A DNA stretch of 34,006 nucleotides from the NCBI GenBank assembly GCA_035604075.1, contig DATNJD010000097.1:1-34006 (forward strand), in the 5' to 3' direction. Numbering within the stretch: the first letter of the stretch is position 1; each line of letters starts with the position of its first letter. The stretch is from Acidimicrobiales bacterium (lineage in GTDB: Bacteria; Actinomycetota; Acidimicrobiia; Acidimicrobiales; UBA8190). The notes under the pieces are model-generated. The model made no database searches, was not told where the DNA came from, and saw nothing but the letters and a program-made list of their open reading frames with translations. This document shows, piece by piece, positions 24,442-33,977 of the stretch. Both the position numbers and the translations under genes were made by a program.

Positions 24442-24801
24442 TCATTGATCCAGGAAGGCCACCATGGACATGGCGTCGAGACGCATCACGTCCTCCTGGG
24501 CGCCGGCCAGGGTGATCTCGCCCGACATGTACTTCTCCGACGGGTTCAGGTCCCCCCAAAAGAGATCGGCGAAGTCCTCGCTGGTGGCGGTGACGACGAG
24601 ATCGGCCACCGCCTCGGCGTCGTCGGTGAGCTCGGCCAGCATCTGGTCGCGGACGACGACGGTGAAGCGGTCCCCGGTGTCGGTGGCCACCAGATGGACG
24701 ACGCGGTCCCAGCCGCGCAGCATGCGGCGCAGACGGTCGTTCTCGTTGCAACGGGCCCGCCAGTCGGCGTAGGCCTCGGCGATCTCGTGCCGGTCGGCCA
24801 C
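24442..24801 (-). CDS. SCP2 sterol/lipid-binding domain protein
   Basis: DLVVTATSEDFADLFWGDLNPSEKYMSGEITLAGAQEDVMRLDAM matches the SCP2 C-terminal pattern (..DF..l..Gkl.p..afm.Gkl...G....). GGAG lies 9 nt before the GTG. Confidence 0.75.
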   Translation of the reverse strand: MADRHEIAEAYADWRARCNENDRLRRMLRGWDRVVHLVATDTGDRFTVVVRDQMLAELTDDAEAVADLVVTATSEDFADLFWGDLNPSEKYMSGEITLAGAQEDVMRLDAMSMVAFLDQ

Positions 24802-24836
24802 GGCTCAGGTCTCCATGGGCTCGGTCGTCAACGTGC

Positions 24837-26216
24837 TCAGTGGCCCAGGGCGACGAGGACCTCGGCGGCCGCCCTGACCCCCGACGAGAGGGCGCCGTCG
24901 ATGTAGCCGCACCAAACGGTCGCCGTCTCCGTTCCCGCCCAGTGGACGGGGCCGACCGGTTCGCGCAGGGCCGTTCCAAATCCGGTGAGGAGACCGGGAG
25001 AAAAGACGGCCACGGGGCCGCCCCGGCTGTAGCGCTCGGCCGGCCAGTGCTGCTCGACCACTTCCAGGGGCGCGGCGGCGGCCGGGCCGAAGTAGCGGAC
25101 GAGGTCGGCCAGCGCCGCGTCGGCCCGCTCGGCCGGGGTGCAGCCGTCGAGGGCCCGGCACTCGTCGCCGGCGATGAAGCCGAGGAGGATGCCGTGGGAG
25201 GCGTCGGGGGGTGAGTCGTCGAAGGTGACGCGGACGGCACCCTCGTCGGAGACGACCTGGCCGTTCAGACCGGCATCGCGCCAGAAGGGCCGGTCGTAGA
25301 CGGCGTGGACCTTGGTGACCGATCCCATGGGGGCGCGCATGCAGAGCTGGTCGCGGCGGCCGGGCAGGGGCGGTGACCAGTCCAGCCGGACGGTGAGGGC
25401 CGGGGGCAGGGCGACGACGGCACGCCGGGCTCTGACCCTGACGGGGTCGCCGCCCTCTCCGGGGGGGTCGGCGACGGCGGTCACACCGTCGGCGCCGTAG
25501 GAGACGGCTGTGACCGGCGACGAGAGCAGGACGCGGGGGCCGAGCTCGTCCGCCATCCACTGGGCGCACTGCTGGGCCCCGCCGTGGAACCGTCGTTCCT
25601 GGGCGCCGTTGGTGGTGCGGGCCAGGTTCATGAGGCCACCGCCCGAGTGGAGGTAGAAGAGGGTGAAGAGCAGGGAGAGCTCGCCCGGCTCGGTGCCGAA
25701 GATGCTCTTCACGGCGGCCGTGATGACGGCGCGGGCCCCCACCGACGGCACCGTGGCGGCCAGCCAGGAACCGAGCGTCTGCTCGTCGCGCGCCCGCGCT
25801 TCGGGTGCATCCCAGGGCGCCTCCAGGGGGACGTCGGTCGCGGCGAGGTCCAGCTCGAAGATGGCCTCGATGCCGTCGGCGGCGGCGGCGGGGTCGGAGG
25901 TGGGGATGAGACCGGCGTAGGTGGCGCGGGTGCGGTCGCGCCACTCGACGCCCTCGCCCGTGGTGAAGGTGGGGAAGGTCCGGGCCCCGCACTCGTCGGC
26001 CAACTTCTGCAGGCGGTCCTGGCCCGGCCCGATCCACTGCCCGCCGTGATCGACGGTGGCCCCCGTCGCCGTGGTGGTCGTCCACACCCGGCCCCCGACG
26101 CGGTCACGGGCCTCGAGGACGAGGACGTCGACACCGGCCCGGGCGAGCTCCCGGGCGGCCGAGAGTCCGGCATAGCCGGCTCCGATGACGAGCGCCTCGC
26201 AGTCACGGTCGTGCAT
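24837..26216 (-). CDS. FAD-dependent amine oxidase (monoamine/putrescine oxidase family)
   Basis: ALVIGAGYAGLSAARELARAGVDVLVLEARDRVGGRVWT (GxGxxG plus EARDRVGGR) and C-terminal VHWAGTETATVWCGYIDGALSSGVRAA. Start set at ATG 26216, preceded by TACCGT-N7. The longest ORF starts at TTG 26234. Confidence 0.88.
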   Translation of the reverse strand: MHDRDCEALVIGAGYAGLSAARELARAGVDVLVLEARDRVGGRVWTTTTATGATVDHGGQWIGPGQDRLQKLADECGARTFPTFTTGEGVEWRDRTRATYAGLIPTSDPAAAADGIEAIFELDLAATDVPLEAPWDAPEARARDEQTLGSWLAATVPSVGARAVITAAVKSIFGTEPGELSLLFTLFYLHSGGGLMNLARTTNGAQERRFHGGAQQCAQWMADELGPRVLLSSPVTAVSYGADGVTAVADPPGEGGDPVRVRARRAVVALPPALTVRLDWSPPLPGRRDQLCMRAPMGSVTKVHAVYDRPFWRDAGLNGQVVSDEGAVRVTFDDSPPDASHGILLGFIAGDECRALDGCTPAERADAALADLVRYFGPAAAAPLEVVEQHWPAERYSRGGPVAVFSPGLLTGFGTALREPVGPVHWAGTETATVWCGYIDGALSSGVRAAAEVLVALGH

Positions 26217-26223
26217 CGGGGCC

Positions 26224-26229
26224 ACGGTA
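26224..26229 (-). promoter_or_regulatory. candidate -10 hexamer TACCGT, 7 nt before amine oxidase ATG (leaderless-type)
   Basis: Minus strand reads TACCGT-ggccccg-ATG. Confidence 0.35.
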
Positions 26230-26274
26230 TCCAACTGGGGGCCGGCGGCGGGGCCCGGTCGACCCGGTCCCCCC

Positions 26275-26280
26275 TAGCAT
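26275..26280 (+). promoter_or_regulatory. candidate -10 hexamer TAGCAT, 8 nt before EthD ATG
   Basis: Reads TAGCAT-cgggcgcc-ATG, with no SD. Confidence 0.3.
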
Positions 26281-26288
26281 CGGGCGCC

Positions 26289-26660
26289 ATGGTGAAGCTG
26301 ATCTTCTGCCTCCGTCGTCGGCCCGATATGAGCGCCGAGGAGTTCCACCGGTACTGGCGCGAGGAGCACGCGCCGCTCGTGACGAGCCACGCGTCGGCGC
26401 TGCGGATCCGGCGCTACGTGCAGGTGCACACCGTGTCCGGTCCGGTGAACGCCATGCTGGCCGCCAGCCGGGGCGCCCCCGAGGGCTTCGACGGCGTGGC
26501 CGAGCTGTGGTTCGACGATACCGAGGCGCTCGTGGGCGGGGCCGGGAGCGACGCCGGCCGGGCCGCCGCGGCGGAGCTGGCGCTCGACGAGGCGCGCTTC
26601 ATCGACCACAGCCGTTCGCCTCTGTTCGTGGCCGAGGAACATCCGGTGATCTCCGGATGA
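26289..26660 (+). CDS. EthD domain protein
   Basis: Starts at ATG 26289: MVKLIFCLRRRPDMSAEEFHRYWREEHAPLV... This is the typical EthD N-terminus, and the length is about 123 aa. The track ORF 25584.. is an antisense extension. Confidence 0.75.
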   Translation: MVKLIFCLRRRPDMSAEEFHRYWREEHAPLVTSHASALRIRRYVQVHTVSGPVNAMLAASRGAPEGFDGVAELWFDDTEALVGGAGSDAGRAAAAELALDEARFIDHSRSPLFVAEEHPVISG

Positions 26661-26673
26661 GGGCACCGGCCCG

Positions 26674-27729
26674 ATGACGTCGTGGATCCCCGTCGCGTCA
26701 TCGTCGGACGGCGAGTTCGCCCGGGTGTTCGGCCTGCGGCCGAACCTGTTCGCCCATTTCCGTGACTTCTCGGCCCGGCTGTGGGACCCGGCCGTGCTCG
26801 ACCCGGTGGTGACCGAGCTGTGCCGGCTCCGGGTGGCGCGGCTCCTCGGCTGCGAGGGGGAGCTGGCCGTCCGGTCCCGGCCCGCCGTGGAGGGCGGCTT
26901 GTCCGAGGCCGTGGTGGGGAATCTGGCGTCGTGGCCGACGTCCCCGGACTACGACGAGACGGCGAGGGCCTGTCTGGGCTTCACCGAGCAGTTCGTGCTC
27001 GATCCAGCGGGGATCGGTTCGGCCGACCGGGCCGCGGTGCGCGCCGCCGTCGGCTTCGCCCGACTCGTCGGACTGACGCAGGCGGTGGCCGCCTTCGACG
27101 GTTTCGTCCGCTTCCGACTGGTCCTCGGGATCGGTCCCGACGGCGACCGGCCCGTCGACGGGGCGGGGAGCGTCCCCGTGGTCGACGTCGGGACGCCCGA
27201 CCCGTCGGCACCGGTGGTGAGCGACTCGAGCACCCTCGATCCCGACGATCCCGCCCGGGGCTTCTCCGCCGCCCAGCCGGCGCTGTTCGCGTCGTTCGAA
27301 CGTCTCTACGCCGTGCTCTGGTCGGCCGGCGTGGTCGACCATCCCTCGAAGGAGGTGGCCCGGTTGCGCAACGCCCGGGTGACGGGCTGCAAGTTCTGTC
27401 GCAACGTCCGCTTCGCCCGGGCCCGGGCCGACGGGCTGACCGAGGACCTGGTCGATCTGGTGGCCGACGACTACCGGAGCTCGGCGTTGGCCGATGCCCA
27501 CAAGGCCGTTCTCGCTTTGACCGACGCCTTCCTCGGCGATCCGGGGGGCGGGGTCGACGACACCACCAGAGAGGTGCTGCTGGCGTCGTACGGGCCGGCG
27601 GGGACGGTGGAGCTGACGGCGGGCCTGGCGCTGTTCATGGGCTTCTCCAAGATCGCCGTGGCCCTGGGCGCGTTTCCCGACGACTTCCCCACCACCGTCA
27701 TCCCCACCCCGGGCGGCGAACCGGCCTGA
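26674..27729 (+). CDS. tandem carboxymuconolactone decarboxylase (AhpD-like) domain protein
   Basis: Two CMD-like halves: ELCRLRVARLLGCEGELAV (degenerate motif) and EVARLRNARVTGCKFCRNVRF (CxxC retained). They are joined by an Asp/Pro/Gly-rich linker. Confidence 0.7.
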   Translation: MTSWIPVASSSDGEFARVFGLRPNLFAHFRDFSARLWDPAVLDPVVTELCRLRVARLLGCEGELAVRSRPAVEGGLSEAVVGNLASWPTSPDYDETARACLGFTEQFVLDPAGIGSADRAAVRAAVGFARLVGLTQAVAAFDGFVRFRLVLGIGPDGDRPVDGAGSVPVVDVGTPDPSAPVVSDSSTLDPDDPARGFSAAQPALFASFERLYAVLWSAGVVDHPSKEVARLRNARVTGCKFCRNVRFARARADGLTEDLVDLVADDYRSSALADAHKAVLALTDAFLGDPGGGVDDTTREVLLASYGPAGTVELTAGLALFMGFSKIAVALGAFPDDFPTTVIPTPGGEPA

Positions 27730-27762
27730 GCGGCCACTGTTCGGTCCCCGAGACGCGAAGGC

Positions 27763-29550
<1,788 letters not shown>

Positions 29551-29765
29551 GGCCCCAGGAGCGTACCGGCGACGGCGTGACCAGCTGACCGGCGGCAGCA
29601 CCCTCAGGCGAACGGCACCCCGCGGGGAACGGGGGCGGGTCGTCCGAGGGCAGGCGCCTGCTACGCTCGATCCCCGCGGTGGCGCCCGGTGGCGTCGCCT
29701 GCCCGTCCGCATCCGCCGGCCTCACCGGACGGCGGTCCCCGCCCCTCGAACAGCGAGAACGTCAC

Positions 29766-30053
29766 GTGGCCAACATCAAGAGCCAGATCAAGCGCAACCG
29801 CCAGAACGAACGGCGGCGGCTCAAGAACAAGTCCGTCCGCTCCGAGATGCGCACCCGCACGAAGACCGCCGTGAGTGCCATCGACGCCGGGACCGAGGAC
29901 ACCGCCGACGCCATCAAGATGGCCGTCCGGCGCATCGACCGGGCCGCCGCCCAGGGTGTGATCCACAAGAACCAGGCCTCGAACCGCAAGTCCCGGCTCA
30001 TGCGCCGTGCCGCCAAGGCCGGCGAGCAGGAGACCGTCAGCACCAAGAAGTAA
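29766..30053 (+). CDS. rpsT: 30S ribosomal protein S20
   Basis: Starts at GTG 29766: VANIKSQIKRNRQNERRRLKNKSVRSEMRT... 95 aa. Divergent from lepA, as in many bacteria. Confidence 0.92.
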   Translation: MANIKSQIKRNRQNERRRLKNKSVRSEMRTRTKTAVSAIDAGTEDTADAIKMAVRRIDRAAAQGVIHKNQASNRKSRLMRRAAKAGEQETVSTKK

Positions 30054-30071
30054 CGGGGGCGTCGCCGTCGC

Positions 30072-31157
30072 TCACGACGGGCGCCGCCGGGCCGGTGATC
30101 TGCCTCCCCGACCGGCCGCCGCCTCGCGGACGCTTCCCAGCCGGCTGAGCCGCCCCACCAGCACCTCGAGGATGGTGCCGTCGGGCAGCGCCCTGCGACC
30201 GCGGACGTCGAGATCGGCCTCGGCCAACAGCGTGATGGCCCGGCCCAGCCGGGCCGGGCCCATGCGGCGGCCCTGTTCGAGTGCTTTGCGGGCGGGGAAG
30301 GCGCTGCGCATGCCGAGGAGCGTGGCGGCCTGCTCGCCCGACGTCACCCCGGCCCCGTCGAGCCGGAGCATGGCCTGATAGTGGCGGTGCAGGACCGACA
30401 GGATGACGAGGGGATGCGACCCGCCGGCACCGGTCAGCCGGCCCAGGGCGGCCAACGCCGTGGCCGTGTCACCGGCATCGATGGCGTCGGTGAGGTCCCA
30501 CGGCGCCACCCGGCCGGCCTCGCCGAGAAAGGGCTCGAGCTTTTCCGAATCGATGGCCGACCCGGGGCCGTAGGCGGCCTCCAGCGTGTCGAGAAGTCCC
30601 TGGACCCGGCTCAGGTCTCCCCCCAGGTGGTCGCCCAGCAAGGTGGCGGCCCGGGCGTCGAGGCGCACCGGCGCGGCGTGGAGCCTTTCGACCAACCACT
30701 GGGTCCGGGCCCGACCCGTGCCCACGGCGGCGTCGATCACCGATCCCTGTCGGTCGACCGCCTTCACGAGCGCAGCCGGAATGGTGCCGCCGCCGGCCAC
30801 GAGGACGAGCACGACCCCGGGGACGGGATCCTCCAGACAGGCGACGAGGCGACCGGCGTCGGCCGCCACCAGACGGCCCGCCTCGCGCACCACGACGACC
30901 CGGCGGTCGGTGATGAACGGCGGTGTGGTGACGGCGTCGACGATGAGGCCGACGTCCAGATCGGGGGCGGCCGGCCCGCCATGCTCCTCCACCACGGTGG
31001 TGGCGTCGCGTGCACCGACGAGGACACCGAGCAGATCGTGCACGGCCTGGCCGACGAGAGACGGGTCGTCTCCCCGCACCAGGTAGGCACCGCCATGAGC
31101 GGTGGCGCCGCCGCTGCTACTCGTGTCCTTGGGCGAACGGGCCGCGCGCGTGGCCAT
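30072..31157 (-). CDS. holA: DNA polymerase III subunit delta
   Basis: AYLVRGDDPSLVGQAVHDLL... is a delta-subunit-like N-terminus. Length and position next to rpsT fit. The ATG directly abuts the folP-like TGA (TGAATG). Confidence 0.8.
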   Translation of the reverse strand: MATRAARSPKDTSSSGGATAHGGAYLVRGDDPSLVGQAVHDLLGVLVGARDATTVVEEHGGPAAPDLDVGLIVDAVTTPPFITDRRVVVVREAGRLVAADAGRLVACLEDPVPGVVLVLVAGGGTIPAALVKAVDRQGSVIDAAVGTGRARTQWLVERLHAAPVRLDARAATLLGDHLGGDLSRVQGLLDTLEAAYGPGSAIDSEKLEPFLGEAGRVAPWDLTDAIDAGDTATALAALGRLTGAGGSHPLVILSVLHRHYQAMLRLDGAGVTSGEQAATLLGMRSAFPARKALEQGRRMGPARLGRAITLLAEADLDVRGRRALPDGTILEVLVGRLSRLGSVREAAAGRGGRSPARRRPS

Positions 31158-31988
31158 TCAGGCCGCCTCCATGACGGCGGCCAGGGTGTCGCACACCGCG
31201 CGGCTCCCGGCCACGTCGTGGACCCGGACGATTCGGCAGCCGAGGGCCACCCCGAGAGCGGTGGCGGCGAGCGACGCCTCACCGCGATGGTCGATGTCGA
31301 GATCGAGAATGACGCCGAGGAAGGTCTTGTTGGAGGCGGAGAGCAGAAGCGGATAGCCCGACCGGGCAAGGACGGCCGAACCGCGCAGGAGCGTGAGCGA
31401 CTGCACAGCCGTCTTGCCCAGATCGAGACCGGCGTCGAGGACGATCCGGTCGGGACTGATCCCGGCCGCCTCGGCACGCGCCGCCCGGTCGAGCAGGAAG
31501 CTCCGCACCGCCTCGAGGACGTCGCCGTAGGCGGGGTCGGGATCTCGGACCCGCGGGGCGAGACGAATGTGGGTGGCCACGACGGAGGCGCCGGCCTCGG
31601 CCGCCGCCCTCAGGTAGTCGGGATCGGCGAATCCGCTGATGTCGTTACCCATGACCGCCCCCGCCTTGTAGGCCGCCCGGGCCACCGACGCCCGCCAGGT
31701 GTCGACCGACAGTGGGATGTCGATGCGGTCATGGACGGCCTCGATGGCGGGGATGACCCGCTCCAGCTCCTCGTCCTCGGTGACCTCGGGCCCGGGACCC
31801 GCCTTCACACCCCCGATGTCGAGGAGATCGGCGCCGTCGGCCACCAAGGAGGCGGCCCGGGTGAGCAGTCGGTCGAGTGCGAAGGTGGCGCCCCGGTCGT
31901 AGAAGGAGTCGGGCGTCCGGTTCAAGATGCCCATGACGAGGGCCCGGCTGGAGAGGTCGTAGTCACGATCCCCGAGGAGCAGGCCCAC
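31158..31988 (-). CDS. folP: dihydropteroate synthase family protein (FolP2-like paralogue)
   Basis: Pterin-binding fold motifs VMGILNRTPDSFYDRG, SVDTW, GNDISG, LGKT and RVHDV. The canonical GGESTRPG loop reads GGVKAGPG, and SRK reads SNK. Start set at GTG 31988, preceded by TAGCCT-N8. Confidence 0.8.
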   Translation of the reverse strand: MGLLLGDRDYDLSSRALVMGILNRTPDSFYDRGATFALDRLLTRAASLVADGADLLDIGGVKAGPGPEVTEDEELERVIPAIEAVHDRIDIPLSVDTWRASVARAAYKAGAVMGNDISGFADPDYLRAAAEAGASVVATHIRLAPRVRDPDPAYGDVLEAVRSFLLDRAARAEAAGISPDRIVLDAGLDLGKTAVQSLTLLRGSAVLARSGYPLLLSASNKTFLGVILDLDIDHRGEASLAATALGVALGCRIVRVHDVAGSRAVCDTLAAVMEAA

Positions 31989-32032
31989 GGCAGGCGAGGC
32001 TACCGCTCCGCTCCCCCGTGCCCCTGAGGATC

Positions 32033-32052
32033 CCGGCCCCCGAAGGAACCGG
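32033..32052 (-). other. 8-bp stem-loop with UUCG tetraloop in the trx-TPR / folP intergenic RNA
   Basis: Minus-strand RNA is CCGGUUCC-UUCG-GGGGCCGG (6 GC pairs plus 2 GU pairs). It starts about 20 nt after the trx-TPR stop. Confidence 0.45.
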
Positions 32053-32078
32053 AGAGAATCAGACCGCAGAGAATCAGA
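32053..32078. repeat. 11-nt direct repeat x2 (AGAGAATCAGA, 15-nt period), A/T-rich for this genome
   Basis: Copies at 32053..32063 and 32068..32078. The second copy contains the trx-TPR stop codon. Confidence 0.75.
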
Positions 32079-32802
32079 ACAGGGTGGCGGCCAGCGCCTT
32101 GCGGTAGCGGGCGACGCGTGGATCCTCGGCGCCGAGCGTCTCCAGGAGGTCCACGAATTCCTGTCGGGCGTCGGCATCGTCCTTCACCCGGGGAAGAAGC
32201 GCGTCGAGGAGCCCGTCGATGCCGTCGGCCGGGATCTCCACCTGCTGGGCCGCCAGACGCGCCTCGGCCGCCACGACACGGGAGTCGGCCGATTCGGGGA
32301 TCCGGGCCAGAAGGTCGAGAGCCTCGGCTGGCTGGCCCGCCGCCACCAGGAGGCGGGCCAGGGCGACGACGCCGGCGGGGTGGTCCGGTTCGAGCTCGAG
32401 GGCCCGGCGCAACGACGCCTCGTCGCCGGCGGCGACGAGCTCGTCGGCCTCGGACGGCGTCGGAGCGAGGCCGGCGATGAAGGCGTTCACCTGAACCTCG
32501 GGAAGGGCGCCGATGAACTGGTCGACGATCTTGCGGTCGCGCACGGCGAAGACAGCCGGAATGGACTGCACCTGGAAGGCAGCCGACACCCGGGGGTTGT
32601 CGTCGACGTTCACCTTCACCAGCTCGACGGCGCCGTCGGTCGCCTCGACCGCTTTCTCGAGAATGGGGCCGAGGGTACGGCACGGACCGCACCACGGGGC
32701 CCAGAGGTCGATGACGACGGGAACCTCGACCGAACGGTCGAGGACGTCGCGCTCGAAGGTGGCATCGGTGGCATCGATCACAGTCGTCACGACAACGACC
32801 AT
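32074..32802 (-). CDS. thioredoxin-domain plus TPR-like C-terminal domain protein (YbbN/CnoX-type architecture with intact WCGPC)
   Basis: FERDVLDRSVEVPVVIDLWAPWCGPCRTLGPILEK is a thioredoxin fold. The C-terminal half is helical and Ala/Leu-rich (...ALELEPDHPAGVVALARLLVAAGQPAEALDLL...). Confidence 0.85.
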   Translation of the reverse strand: MVVVVTTVIDATDATFERDVLDRSVEVPVVIDLWAPWCGPCRTLGPILEKAVEATDGAVELVKVNVDDNPRVSAAFQVQSIPAVFAVRDRKIVDQFIGALPEVQVNAFIAGLAPTPSEADELVAAGDEASLRRALELEPDHPAGVVALARLLVAAGQPAEALDLLARIPESADSRVVAAEARLAAQQVEIPADGIDGLLDALLPRVKDDADARQEFVDLLETLGAEDPRVARYRKALAATLF

Positions 32803-32902
32803 ACCGGAGGACGATCGTGTTTCATGCTGGGTCGCCGGGCGTCTCGGCCGAGGTCGGTGGCACCGTGGCCGTCGAGCTGGTGTCGGGCCCGGGCACGGGC
32901 GA

Positions 32903-32908
32903 TAGCGT
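32903..32908 (+). promoter_or_regulatory. candidate -10 hexamer TAGCGT, 7 nt before kinase ATG (leaderless-type)
   Basis: Reads TAGCGT-gcaccgt-ATG, with spacing identical to dinG and dnaG. Confidence 0.4.
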
Positions 32909-32915
32909 GCACCGT

Positions 32916-33977
32916 ATGGTCGCTTCCCCCGCCTCTGGTCACGACGACGTGGAAGGGATCGACGTCGATCGGGTTCAGAGCTGGTTCGCCGATAGCGTCC
33001 CGGGCGTCGAACCCCCGCTCACCTTCGAGCTCATCGCCGGGGGACGTTCGAATCTCACCTACCGGGTGTCGGACGGCGGCGGCCGTCGGTACGCCCTGCG
33101 GCGCCCGCCTCTCAGCCACGTTCTGCCCACCGCCCACGACATGGCCCGCGAGTACAGGGTGATCACCGCCCTCGGTCCGACGGAGGTGCCCGTTCCCGTC
33201 ACCTTCGGCCTCTGTCTGGACGAAGAGGTCAACGGCCGTCCCTTCTATGTCATGGAATTCGTCGACGGCCACATCGTGCGCGACGCCGAGACAGCCGAAC
33301 GCGAGCTCGATCTCGACGCCCGGCGCCGTGCCGGAGAGTCGATGGCCGACACCTTGGCGGCCCTGCATGCCGTGGACGTCGACGCCGTCGGACTGGGGGA
33401 CTTCGGCAAGCGCGCCGGTTACATCGAGCGACAGCTTCGGCGCTGGGACGAACAGTTCCGGAACTCGACCGTCGAAGGAGCCGAGACCGCCACCATCATC
33501 AACGCCGTGCACGACAAGCTGGCCGCCGACATCCCTCCGCAGGTCGGGACGGCTATCGTCCACGGCGACTACCGGCTCGACAACTCTGTGCTCGGTGACG
33601 ACGGCAGCGTGCGCGCCGTTCTCGATTGGGAGATCTGCACGCTGGGCGACCCTCTCGCCGACCTCGGACTGCTGATGGTCTATTGGACCGAGGCGGGAGA
33701 CGAGGCCGCCATTCTGGGGGTGACCCCGACGACCGTTCCCGGTTTTCCCGGGCGTGCCGAGGTGAAGGCCCGCTATGCGGCCGCTTCGGGTCGTGACATC
33801 TCCCGTCTCGATTTCTATGTGGCCTTCGGCTACTGGAAGCTCGCCTGCATCCTCCAGGGTGTCTACGCGCGCTACGTCGGCGGGGCGGCGGCAGGTGACC
33901 GCTCGAGCGTCGACGGATTCGGCGCCAGCGTGGTGCGGCTGGCCGAGATGGGCCTGCAGACGTTGGAGTCATCTTGA
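32916..33977 (+). CDS. phosphotransferase (APH / acyl-CoA-dehydrogenase-associated kinase) family protein
   Basis: ELIAGGRSNLTYRV, catalytic loop IVHGDYRLDNSVL, and VLDWEICTLGDPLADL. Start set at ATG 32916. Alternative GTG 32817 has GGAGG 6 nt upstream but would leave only 14 bp to the divergent gene. Confidence 0.85.
   Translation: MVASPASGHDDVEGIDVDRVQSWFADSVPGVEPPLTFELIAGGRSNLTYRVSDGGGRRYALRRPPLSHVLPTAHDMAREYRVITALGPTEVPVPVTFGLCLDEEVNGRPFYVMEFVDGHIVRDAETAERELDLDARRRAGESMADTLAALHAVDVDAVGLGDFGKRAGYIERQLRRWDEQFRNSTVEGAETATIINAVHDKLAADIPPQVGTAIVHGDYRLDNSVLGDDGSVRAVLDWEICTLGDPLADLGLLMVYWTEAGDEAAILGVTPTTVPGFPGRAEVKARYAAASGRDISRLDFYVAFGYWKLACILQGVYARYVGGAAAGDRSSVDGFGASVVRLAEMGLQTLESS

Noticed and set aside
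30065-30080. Small hairpin CCGTCG-ctca-CGACGG between rpsT and holA
   Set aside because: The stem is 6 bp, has no extension or U-tract, and overlaps the holA stop. Evidence is insufficient for a terminator call.
32817-32915. GTG 32817 with a good GGAGG SD as the start of the APH-type kinase
   Set aside because: Kept only as an alternative. It would leave 14 bp to the divergent thioredoxin-TPR gene. The ATG 32916 model has the same TAGCGT-N7 architecture as dinG and dnaG, and gives an N-terminus of the usual length before ELIAGGRSNLTY.
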